From: Promethearchaeota archaeon
GTDB lineage: Archaea; Asgardarchaeota; Lokiarchaeia; Sigyniarchaeales; SOKP01
NCBI GenBank assembly: GCA_048937405.1
Contig: JBHLNF010000008.1
Coordinates: 180,825-225,597, forward strand
Direction of reading: 5' to 3'
DNA length: 44,773 bases
Of the stretch, positions 19,418 to 27,922 are shown piece after piece. The translations under genes were made by a program, and so were the position numbers. The notes beneath the pieces were generated by a model. It was not told the origin of the DNA, ran no database searches, and worked only from the letters and a program-made list of their open reading frames with translations. Every line of letters begins with the position of its first letter. Position 1 is the stretch's first letter.

Positions 19418-21865
19418 ATGGTAGTTCAAAGTTTTAAGTTGAATCCAATCCTAGGGACACCTTCGGAAAGGGTTCGCAAGATTAGAGATAGAATGCTATC
19501 TATGCCTAGAGAACTTGATATTGAACGAGCTCGTTGTTATACAAGAATCTATAAACAAATGGAGGATGCTCCTCCATGTATAAAAAATGTTAAGGCACTA
19601 GAGGAATTTTTACGATGTCTTCCAATAAGGATTGAAGACGATGAGCTACTTGTTGGTGTAAAATCTAGTAAAGTAAGAGCTGATCCTATCGAAATTGAAC
19701 GTGGAGGGCGTGCTAAACTTTTTGGGTTTGTCTATAATGATTCAATAGATAAAAAAATAAGAGATAATTTTAGTGCGAATTTCACTTTTATTAACCGGTA
19801 TGTTCCCTTAAAAGAAGAAGAAATTAATGAATTGAAAAACGATATAATTCCCTACTGGAATGGTAGATCAGTAGAAGATCGAAAGGTAGAATATTGGAGA
19901 GAAGCAGGTTTGCTTAATGAAAATGAGGAATCTATGACAAGAATTCCCTTTAGACGTTCTGTGACTAATACTGATATGTTTGCAGGTTCTAGGGGTCAAG
20001 GACATGTTGTTCCTGGTTATCGGCGTGTACTTAAAATGGGATTTAAAGGAATCGAAAAGATGGCGCAAGAAGGTCTTGCAAATCTCAAGGAAACAGATGA
20101 AAATTATGAACATCGAAAGGATTTTTATGAATCAGTTGTGGTAGCAGCACAAGCGGTCATCGAGTATTCTAATCGCTATGCTGATCTCGCAATGGAAATG
20201 GCACAAAATGCACCAGAAACAAGAAGGGCCGAGCTTCTGGAAATTGCTGAACGTGTAAGGCGAGTTCCTGCCCTTCCTCCAAGGACATTCATGGAAGCAC
20301 TTCAATCAATTTGGATGACAAATGTCGTCATGGAAATGAGTTATGGTGAAGGAAATATTTTTTCTCAAGGACGAGTAGACCAATATCTTTATCCATATTA
20401 CACAGTAGATGTAGCAGAAGGGCGTATTACGTATGAAGAGGCTTTAGAAGCAATTGAGGAATATTTAGTGAAACTTGCTTCAGTCGTTATAGCAGGACAG
20501 AATAATATTACTATTGGAGGATCAGACCATGATGGAAATGATGCGACTAATGATGTGTCTTACATGTTTCTTGAAGCAATTGCAAATGTAAAAAGTTTAT
20601 TAAACACATTGTCAATTAGGATTTCTTCCAAAACACCCCATGAATTTATAAAAAGAACTATTGAAGCTATTAAATATACTGGTGGGATGGGAATTCATAA
20701 TGATGATGTTTTAATACCACAGCTTAATAATACAAGTTATTCATTGGAAGATGCCCGTGATTACTCCCTTGTAGGTTGTGTAGAACCTGCGGGTACTGGA
20801 AATGATTTCTCCTATACAGCCGGTAATGCCATTCAGATTTCAATCCTTCTAAATATGGCATTAAATGAGGGACGCACTATTTTATCTGGAACTAAAACTG
20901 TTGGAGCAAAAACACCTCCAGCAAGCGTTTTTAAATCTTTTGAAGATGTGAAGAATGCCTGGGTCGAACAAGTTAAGTTTGCTATAGATCTTACTGTGAA
21001 AAAAGCTGAATTAAAGGATAAAGCCTTTGCTGATTATATGCCTTCCCCATTACTTTCATCTTCGATAGAAGGATGTCTTGAGAGCGGAATGGATGCTACT
21101 CGAAATGGAGCAAAATACAATAATAATCCTATGGGTGCACAAGGATTAGCAACAGTAACTAATTCCTTAGCTGCAATTCGCTGGGCTGTATTTGAAGAAA
21201 AAATAGTAACAATGGAAGAATTAGTTAAACATATGAATAATAATTTTAAAGGGGCAGAATCTCTACGTGAAAAACTACGAAATAAGGCACCTAAATATGG
21301 TAATGGTGATGAAAGAACCGATGACCTTGCCAAATGGGTAGCAACTACCCTCTGTGAAAATACAAGAAAATATAAAGCAAGGGGTGGTGATGGTATCTAT
21401 CATAATTGCCTCGTATCAGCGGGAAGTCAGATTATGGAGGGTAAATTGCTAGGAGCAACTGCAGATGGAAGATTATTTGGTGAACCTGTAGCAAACGGTA
21501 TTTCTCCTGCGAATGGAACAGAAAAGAATGGTCTTACTATGGCTCTCCGATCAATAGCTTATGCAACAGCTGAACCACATCTCACTAATGGAGCCTCAAT
21601 GAATGTTAGAATCAATCCTACCTTATTAGAAACAGATGAAGGAATTGAAAAATTTACTTCTATTGTAGAGGCTTATTTAGAGTTAGGAGGACGAGAACTT
21701 CAAGTAAATCCGATAAGTTCAGAAACACTCCGGGACGCACAAGTTCATCCAGAAAAATATCCTGACCTTTCAGTTAAAGTTTCAGGATACTCTGCTCGAT
21801 TCATAGATATAGCAAAAGAGCTTCAAGACGATATTATCAACAGAACCGTTTTTGAAGAATTATAA
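19418..21865 (+). CDS. Glycyl-radical enzyme (PFL superfamily, PFL2/eliminase-like), copy 1
   Basis: GQGH, GRVDQYLYPYY, Cys loop SLVGCVEP, PKYGNGD, GATADGR and Gly loop VKVSGYS. Start set at ATG 19418 by homology to the MVVQ starts of copies 2-4. Confidence 0.93.
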   Translation: MVVQSFKLNPILGTPSERVRKIRDRMLSMPRELDIERARCYTRIYKQMEDAPPCIKNVKALEEFLRCLPIRIEDDELLVGVKSSKVRADPIEIERGGRAKLFGFVYNDSIDKKIRDNFSANFTFINRYVPLKEEEINELKNDIIPYWNGRSVEDRKVEYWREAGLLNENEESMTRIPFRRSVTNTDMFAGSRGQGHVVPGYRRVLKMGFKGIEKMAQEGLANLKETDENYEHRKDFYESVVVAAQAVIEYSNRYADLAMEMAQNAPETRRAELLEIAERVRRVPALPPRTFMEALQSIWMTNVVMEMSYGEGNIFSQGRVDQYLYPYYTVDVAEGRITYEEALEAIEEYLVKLASVVIAGQNNITIGGSDHDGNDATNDVSYMFLEAIANVKSLLNTLSIRISSKTPHEFIKRTIEAIKYTGGMGIHNDDVLIPQLNNTSYSLEDARDYSLVGCVEPAGTGNDFSYTAGNAIQISILLNMALNEGRTILSGTKTVGAKTPPASVFKSFEDVKNAWVEQVKFAIDLTVKKAELKDKAFADYMPSPLLSSSIEGCLESGMDATRNGAKYNNNPMGAQGLATVTNSLAAIRWAVFEEKIVTMEELVKHMNNNFKGAESLREKLRNKAPKYGNGDERTDDLAKWVATTLCENTRKYKARGGDGIYHNCLVSAGSQIMEGKLLGATADGRLFGEPVANGISPANGTEKNGLTMALRSIAYATAEPHLTNGASMNVRINPTLLETDEGIEKFTSIVEAYLELGGRELQVNPISSETLRDAQVHPEKYPDLSVKVSGYSARFIDIAKELQDDIINRTVFEEL

Positions 21866-22019
21866 ATATAAGCAATATTTTAAATATCAATTTTAAAATA
21901 TCTTTTTTTCTATTTTTGAACTTTGTTAATTCTATAACTTAGAATCTATGAAGAATCATATTCAAGATAAGATTAGATATGAATTGCTCTTTCTTCCTTA
22001 TAAAGATGTTACTCTACAA

Positions 22020-22605
22020 ATGAACTACGCACAGCCTAAAGGCTGTTACTTCCTACGAGTACATAATCGCTTCTAGTACGAGTTGGGCTGTATGTCGTAG
22101 AAAACCATTCCATTATGTTAGGAATGATTCCTCATTCACAGAGGGTTTATGCGATAGGAATTCATAGTTATGCTTGGAAAATTAAAAATGAGTCATGATC
22201 TCATGATTTTGAACATAAAATTGAGATATTTACCAACATGAGTTCCACAGTTGCATGTAATACTTCTTTTGAAGAGCAACGGTTTTTTTTATTTTTTGTC
22301 TTTATAACAGACCTTTGTAATCTTAGACTCATCAATTCTTATTACTCTTTTACCCATTTTTTCCGCTTTATAGGTTACGAATTCGACAAACCTTAATCTA
22401 TAACCTTTGTTGTAAACCGAACAGTTGAAGATTTTATGTGTTTTATTCTTTTTAGTATCCCCTATTTCTTTCTTTTAAGTTAGTTTTATTTTAAATATAA
22501 TAAAGAACAATCAGTTTAAACAAAGGAGCGCTTAATCGTTTAATGATTTTTCTTCTCATCCTCATTTCATCCCATCCCCAAAGGGAGGGATTTTCTTGAG
22601 TTATA
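22020..22605 (-). mobile_element. Decayed, internally deleted IS200/IS605-family (tnpB, IS1341-like) element with both hairpin ends
   Basis: On the minus strand the left end reads AAATCCCTCCCTTTGGGGATGGGATGAA (~22566-22593) and the right end GGAAGTAACAGCCTTTAGGCTGTGCGTAGTTCAT (22020-22053). They flank a TnpB C-terminal remnant. The left boundary is approximate. Confidence 0.8.
22053..22405 (-). pseudogene. tnpB: tnpB pseudogene fragment (C-terminal Zn-ribbon/RuvC-III region)
   Basis: Manual translation gives RFVEFVTYKAEKMGKRVIRIDESKITKVCYKDKK*KKPLLFKRSITCNCGTHVGKYLN..., then FLSHKPSVNEESFLT*WNGFLRHTAQLVLEAIMYS*. This matches the TnpB pattern YKA..G..V....TS..C..CG...C.CG...DRD.N, with stops and loss of DRD. 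Confidence 0.8.
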
Positions 22606-22635
22606 ATGATAAAATGCTATACCAGAATATTCAAG

Positions 22636-22672
22636 CAAAAACTTTAAATGTACGATGATTATTTAACAACAC
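22636..22672 (+). promoter_or_regulatory. BRE/TATA promoter of GRE copy 2 (divergent version)
   Basis: CAAAAAC-TTTAAATG, with the TATA starting at 22643, 30 nt before ATG 22673. Confidence 0.6.
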
Positions 22673-25123
22673 ATGGTAGTTCAAAATTTTAAGTTGAACC
22701 CAATCCCCGGAACTCCTTCGGAAAGGGTTCGCAAGATTAGAGATAGAATGCTATCTATGCCTAGAGAACTTGATATTGAACGAGCTCGTTGTTATACAAG
22801 AATCTATAAGCAAATGGAGGATGCACCTCCATGTATGAAAAATGTTAAAGCATTAGAGGAATTTTTACGATCCCTTCCAATAAGGATTGAAGACGATGAG
22901 CTACTTGTTGGTGTAAAATCTAGTAAAATAAGAGCAGATCCAATGGAAATAGAACGAGGAATGCGTGCTTCAATTTTTGGATTTCTCTATGATGATTCAA
23001 TAGATCAAAAAATAAGAGATGCATTTGCCCAAAACTTTTCATGGGTTAATCGATATGTTCCCTTAACAGAACAAGAAGTTGATGAGATGAAAAATGAAAT
23101 TCTTCCCTACTGGAAAGATAGGAACATAGAGGCTCGACAGAGAGAATATTATAAAAAAGCAGGTTTGATTGAAGAACCAAAGGAATTTAAGGGTCCAGCA
23201 GTTCCCTTTATGGATTATATGGGTGGCACTGATATGTTTGCGGGTGCTCATGGTCAGGGACATATCATTCCAGGTTATCGGCGTGTACTTAAGATGGGAT
23301 TCAAGGGAATCGAAAAGATGGCACAAGAGGGACTCGCAAAACTCGAGGAAACAGATGATAATTACGAACAACGAAAGGATTTTTATGAATCAGTTGTAAT
23401 TGCAGCACAAGCAGTGATCGAATATTCCAATCGCTATGCAGATCTCGCAATGGAAATGGCACAAAATGCACCAGAAACAAGAAGAGCTGATCTTCTGGAA
23501 ATTGCTGAACGTGTAAGGCGAGTTCCTGCCCTTCCTCCAAGAACATTCATGGAAGCACTTCAATCCATTTGGATGACGAATGTTGTTATGGAGATGAGCT
23601 ATGGTGACGGAAATATCTTTTCTCAAGGACGAGTAGATCAATATCTTTATCCATATTTCACAGCAGATGTAGCAGAAGGGCGTATTACATATGAAGAGGC
23701 TTTAGAAGCAATTGAGGAATATTTAGTGAAACTTGCTTCAGTCGTTATAGCAGGACAGAACAATATTACTATTGGAGGATTAGATTATGATGGAAATGAT
23801 GCGACAAATGACGTATCCTTTATGTTTCTTGAGGCAATTGCAAATGTAAAAAGTCTATTAAATACATTATCAATAAGGATCTCTTCCAAGACACCCCATG
23901 AGTTTGTAAAAAGATCGATTGAAGCTTTTAAATTTACCGGTGGAATGGCAATTCATAATGATGACATTTTAGTACCTCAACTTAATAATACAGGATATTC
24001 ATTAGAAGATGCTCGAGATTATTCACTCGTAGGGTGTGTAGAACCCGCAGGTACCGGAAATGATTTCTCCTATACGGCAGGTAATGTCGTACAGATTTCA
24101 ATCCTTTTAAACATGGCATTAAATGAGGGACGTAATCTTTTTTCAGGAAACAAAACTGTTGGCGCGAAAACACCCCCAGCAAGCACTTTTAAATCTTTTG
24201 AAGACGTGAAAAATGCTTTTGTAGAACAACTTAAATTTGCTATAGATCTTACTGTAAAAAAGGCTGAATTAAAGGATAAGGCATTTGCAGATTATTTACC
24301 TTCCCCATTGCTTTCATCTTCAATAGAAGGATGTCTCGAGAGCGGAATGGATGGAACTCGAAATGGAGCAAAATATAATAATAATCCTATGGGTTCACAA
24401 GGGTTAGCAACGGTCACTAATTCCTTAGCTGCAATTCGTTGGGCTGTATTTGAAGAAAAATTAGTATCAATGGAAGATTTAGTTAAGAATATGAATAATA
24501 ACTTCAGAGGAGCTGAAAATCTTCGAGAAAAATTACGAAATAAGGCTCCTAAATATGGAAATGGTGATGAAAAAACAGACGAACTTGCCAAATGGATAGC
24601 AACTACCCTTTGTGAACTTACAAGGACATATAAAGCAAGGGGTGGTGATGGTATTTATCATAATTGCCTTGTATCCTCTGGAACTCAAATTATGGAGGGA
24701 CAAATGTTAGGAGCGACTGCTGATGGAAGATTAATGGGTCAACCTGTAGCGAATGGTATTTCTCCTGCAAATGGAACAGAAAAGAATGGTCTTACCATGG
24801 CACTTAGATCAGTGGCTTATGCAACAGCAGATCCTCATCTCACTAATGGAGCCGCAATGAATATCAGAATCAATCCTACTTTATTAGAAACAGATGAAGG
24901 AATTGAAAAATTTACTTCTATTGTAGAGGCTTATTTAGAAATAGGAGGAAGGGAGCTTCAGATAAATCCAATAAGTTCAGAAACACTTAAAGACGCACAA
25001 GTTCATCCCGAAAAATATCCTGATCTTTCAGTTAAAGTTTCAGGCTACTCTGCTCGATTTATAGATATAACAAAAGAGCTTCAAGACGATATTATCGACC
25101 GAACTGTTTTCAGTGAATTATAA
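22673..25123 (+). CDS. Glycyl-radical enzyme, copy 2
   Basis: Same motifs as copy 1 (SLVGCVEP, VKVSGYS); full length, 816 aa. Confidence 0.93.
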   Translation: MVVQNFKLNPIPGTPSERVRKIRDRMLSMPRELDIERARCYTRIYKQMEDAPPCMKNVKALEEFLRSLPIRIEDDELLVGVKSSKIRADPMEIERGMRASIFGFLYDDSIDQKIRDAFAQNFSWVNRYVPLTEQEVDEMKNEILPYWKDRNIEARQREYYKKAGLIEEPKEFKGPAVPFMDYMGGTDMFAGAHGQGHIIPGYRRVLKMGFKGIEKMAQEGLAKLEETDDNYEQRKDFYESVVIAAQAVIEYSNRYADLAMEMAQNAPETRRADLLEIAERVRRVPALPPRTFMEALQSIWMTNVVMEMSYGDGNIFSQGRVDQYLYPYFTADVAEGRITYEEALEAIEEYLVKLASVVIAGQNNITIGGLDYDGNDATNDVSFMFLEAIANVKSLLNTLSIRISSKTPHEFVKRSIEAFKFTGGMAIHNDDILVPQLNNTGYSLEDARDYSLVGCVEPAGTGNDFSYTAGNVVQISILLNMALNEGRNLFSGNKTVGAKTPPASTFKSFEDVKNAFVEQLKFAIDLTVKKAELKDKAFADYLPSPLLSSSIEGCLESGMDGTRNGAKYNNNPMGSQGLATVTNSLAAIRWAVFEEKLVSMEDLVKNMNNNFRGAENLREKLRNKAPKYGNGDEKTDELAKWIATTLCELTRTYKARGGDGIYHNCLVSSGTQIMEGQMLGATADGRLMGQPVANGISPANGTEKNGLTMALRSVAYATADPHLTNGAAMNIRINPTLLETDEGIEKFTSIVEAYLEIGGRELQINPISSETLKDAQVHPEKYPDLSVKVSGYSARFIDITKELQDDIIDRTVFSEL

Positions 25124-25136
25124 ATTATAATTTAAC

Positions 25137-25154
25137 TTTCTTTTTTTTTTTTTT
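25137..25154 (+). terminator. Oligo-T archaeal terminator after GRE copy 2
   Basis: T14 run shortly after the stop codon. Similar runs follow copies 1 (21903-21909), 3 (27723-27732) and 4 (30380-30389). Confidence 0.6.
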
Positions 25155-25202
25155 ATTACTGTTCTATTTCATTCGTTATATTAAATCGAAATAAATTATT
25201 AT

Positions 25203-25239
25203 AAGAATATTTATAAATATAAAATGTCTATTAAAATTC
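25203..25239 (+). promoter_or_regulatory. BRE/TATA promoter of GRE copy 3
   Basis: TTTATAAA at 25210-25217 (-30 to -23), followed by TATAAAATGTCTATTAAAA shared with copy 4. Confidence 0.7.
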
Positions 25240-27690
25240 ATGGTAGTTCAAAATTTTAAGTTGAACCCAATCCCCGGAACTCCTTCGGAAAGGGTTCGCA
25301 AGATTAGAGATAGAATGCTATCTATGCCTAGAGAACTTGATATTGAACGAGCTCGTTGTTATACAAGAATCTATAAACAAATGGAAGATGCACCTATATG
25401 TATGAAAAATGTTAAAGCGTTAGAGGAATTTTTACGGCACCTTCCAATAAGAATTGAAGAAGATGAGCTTCTTGTAGGCGTAAAATCTAGTAAAATAAGA
25501 GCAGATCCACTTGAAATTGAACGGGGAATGCGTGCTGCAATTTTTGGGTTTGTTTATAATGATGCAATAGATAAAAAAATGAGAGATGCGTTTGCACAAA
25601 ATTTTACTTTTATTAACAGATATGTTCCCTTAACAGAACAAGAAGTTGATGAGTTGAAAAATGAAATTCTTCCCTACTGGAAAAATCGAACAGTAGCGGC
25701 CCGAAAGGAGCAATATTTTAAAGAAGCAGGATTGATTGATGAATCGAAGAAAAAAGTGGACGGAACAATTCCTATGAGAGGCTCTGCGGGTGGTACTGAT
25801 ATGTTTGCAGGTGCCAGTGGTCAAGGACATACCATTCCTGGTTATCGGCGTGTACTTAAAATGGGATTCAAGGGAATCGAAAAGATGGCGCAAGAAGGTC
25901 TTGCAAATCTCAAGGAAACAGATGAAAATTACGATCATCGAAAGGATTTTTATGAATCAGTTGTGGTAGCAGCACAAGCGGTCATCGAGTATTCTAATCG
26001 CTATGCTGATCTCGCAATGGAAATGGCACAAAATGCACCAGAAACAAGAAGGGCCGAGCTTCTGGAAATTGCTGAACGTGTAAGGCGAGTTCCTGCCCTT
26101 CCTCCAAGGACATTCATGGAAGCACTTCAATCAATTTGGATGACAAATGTCGTCATGGAAATGAGTTATGGTGAAGGAAATATTTTTTCTCAAGGACGAG
26201 TAGACCAATATCTTTATCCATATTACGCAAATGATGTAGCAGAAGGTTGTATTACGTATGAAGAGGCTTTAGAAGCAATTGAGGAATATTTAGTGAAACT
26301 TTCCTCTGTTGTTATAGCAGGACAAAATAATGTTACTATTGGAGGATTAGACCATGATGGAAATGATGCGACTAATGATGTGTCTTATATGTTTCTTGAA
26401 GCAATTGCAAATGTAAAAAGCTTATTAAATACATTGTCAATTAGGATCTCTTCCAAAACACCCCATGAGTTTGTAAAAAGAACTGTTGAAGCTATTAAAT
26501 ATACAGGTGGGATGGGAATTCATAATGATGATGTTTTAGTTCATCAGCTTAATAATACTGGATATTCATTGGAAGATGCCCGAGATTATTCACTCGTAGG
26601 GTGTGTAGAACCTGCGGGTACTGGAAATGATTTTTCTTATACAGCCGGTAATGCCATTCAGATTTCAATCCTTTTAAATATGGCATTAAATGAAGGACGT
26701 ACTATTTTTTCAGGAACTAAAACTGTTGGCGCAAAAACACCCCCAGCCAGTGCTTTTAAATCATTTGAAGATGTGAAGAACGCCTGGGTCGAACAAGTTA
26801 AGTTTGCAATAAATCTTACTGTGAAAAAAGCTGAATTAAAAGATAAAGCCTTTGCTGATTATTTACCTTCCCCATTGCTTTCATCTTCAATAGAAGGATG
26901 TCTTGAGAGCGGAATGGATGCTACTCGAAATGGAGCAAAATACAATAATAATCCTATGGGTGCACAAGGATTAGCAACAGTAACTAATTCCTTAGCTGCA
27001 ATTCGCTGGGCTGTATTTGAAGAAAAAATAGTGACCATGGAAGAATTAGTTAAACATATGAATAATAATTTCAAAGGAGCAGAAGCTCTACGTGAAAAAC
27101 TACGAAATAAGGCACCTAAATATGGCAATGGTGATGAAAGAACCGATGACCTTGCCAAATGGATTGCAAATACCCTCTGTGAAAATACAAGAAAATATAA
27201 AGCAAGGGGTGGTGATGGTATCTATCATAATTGCCTCGTATCTTCTGGAACTCAGATTATGGAAGGGAAAATGCTAGGAGCAACTGCAGATGGAAGATTA
27301 TTTGGTGAACCCGTAGCAAACGGTATTTCTCCTGCAAATGGGACAGAAAAGAATGGTCTTACTATGGCTCTCCGATCAATAGCTTATGCAACAGCTGAAC
27401 CACATCTCACTAATGGAGCCTCAATGAATGTTAGAATCAATCCTACCTTATTAGAAACAGATGAAGGAATTGAAAAATTTTCTTCTATTGTAGAAGCTTA
27501 TTTAGAGATGGGAGGTCGAGAACTTCAAGTAAATCCGATAAGTTCAGAAACACTCCGAGATGCACAAGTTCATCCAGAAAAATACCCTGACCTTTCAGTT
27601 AAAGTTTCAGGATACTCTGCTCGATTCATAGATTTAGCAAAGGATCTTCAGGAAGATATTATTGACAGAACCGTTTTTAATGAATTATAA
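25240..27690 (+). CDS. Glycyl-radical enzyme, copy 3
   Basis: Same motifs as the other copies; 816 aa. Confidence 0.93.
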   Translation: MVVQNFKLNPIPGTPSERVRKIRDRMLSMPRELDIERARCYTRIYKQMEDAPICMKNVKALEEFLRHLPIRIEEDELLVGVKSSKIRADPLEIERGMRAAIFGFVYNDAIDKKMRDAFAQNFTFINRYVPLTEQEVDELKNEILPYWKNRTVAARKEQYFKEAGLIDESKKKVDGTIPMRGSAGGTDMFAGASGQGHTIPGYRRVLKMGFKGIEKMAQEGLANLKETDENYDHRKDFYESVVVAAQAVIEYSNRYADLAMEMAQNAPETRRAELLEIAERVRRVPALPPRTFMEALQSIWMTNVVMEMSYGEGNIFSQGRVDQYLYPYYANDVAEGCITYEEALEAIEEYLVKLSSVVIAGQNNVTIGGLDHDGNDATNDVSYMFLEAIANVKSLLNTLSIRISSKTPHEFVKRTVEAIKYTGGMGIHNDDVLVHQLNNTGYSLEDARDYSLVGCVEPAGTGNDFSYTAGNAIQISILLNMALNEGRTIFSGTKTVGAKTPPASAFKSFEDVKNAWVEQVKFAINLTVKKAELKDKAFADYLPSPLLSSSIEGCLESGMDATRNGAKYNNNPMGAQGLATVTNSLAAIRWAVFEEKIVTMEELVKHMNNNFKGAEALREKLRNKAPKYGNGDERTDDLAKWIANTLCENTRKYKARGGDGIYHNCLVSSGTQIMEGKMLGATADGRLFGEPVANGISPANGTEKNGLTMALRSIAYATAEPHLTNGASMNVRINPTLLETDEGIEKFSSIVEAYLEMGGRELQVNPISSETLRDAQVHPEKYPDLSVKVSGYSARFIDLAKDLQEDIIDRTVFNEL

Positions 27691-27722
27691 ACAATAATAT
27701 TGATTTAATAATTTAATATTAA

Positions 27723-27732
27723 TTTTTTTTTT
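27723..27732 (+). terminator. Oligo-T terminator after GRE copy 3
   Basis: T10 run about 30 nt after the stop codon. Confidence 0.5.
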
Positions 27733-27885
27733 CTATTACTATATTATCGTATTTATGATAAAACTTTGAAATTAAATATTAATAAAAAATATTTTAGTTG
27801 TAGAAGTAATAATTTATATCTATTTCTAATTCGGAAGTTTTAGAAATCTACAGGATAAAAAGCTGAATATTTATTTTTGTATTAT

Positions 27886-27922
27886 AAAAACATTTATAAA
27901 TATAAAATGTCTATTAAAAATC
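27886..27922 (+). promoter_or_regulatory. BRE/TATA promoter of GRE copy 4
   Basis: AAAAACA-TTTATAAA (TATA 27893-27900, -30 to -23 from ATG 27923). Confidence 0.7.

Noticed and set aside
21034-27158. Repeated 99-aa antisense ORFs (21034-21333, 24292-24591, 26859-27158) and 81-102 aa antisense ORFs inside the GRE genes
   Set aside because: They are shadows of the duplicated sense genes; their recurrence is explained by GRE paralogy and they have no independent motifs.
27798-27812. TTGTAGAAGTAA, resembling the putative reRNA guide TTGTAGAGTAAC from the IS flank
   Set aside because: Short, needs a gap and is expected by chance in such AT-rich DNA.
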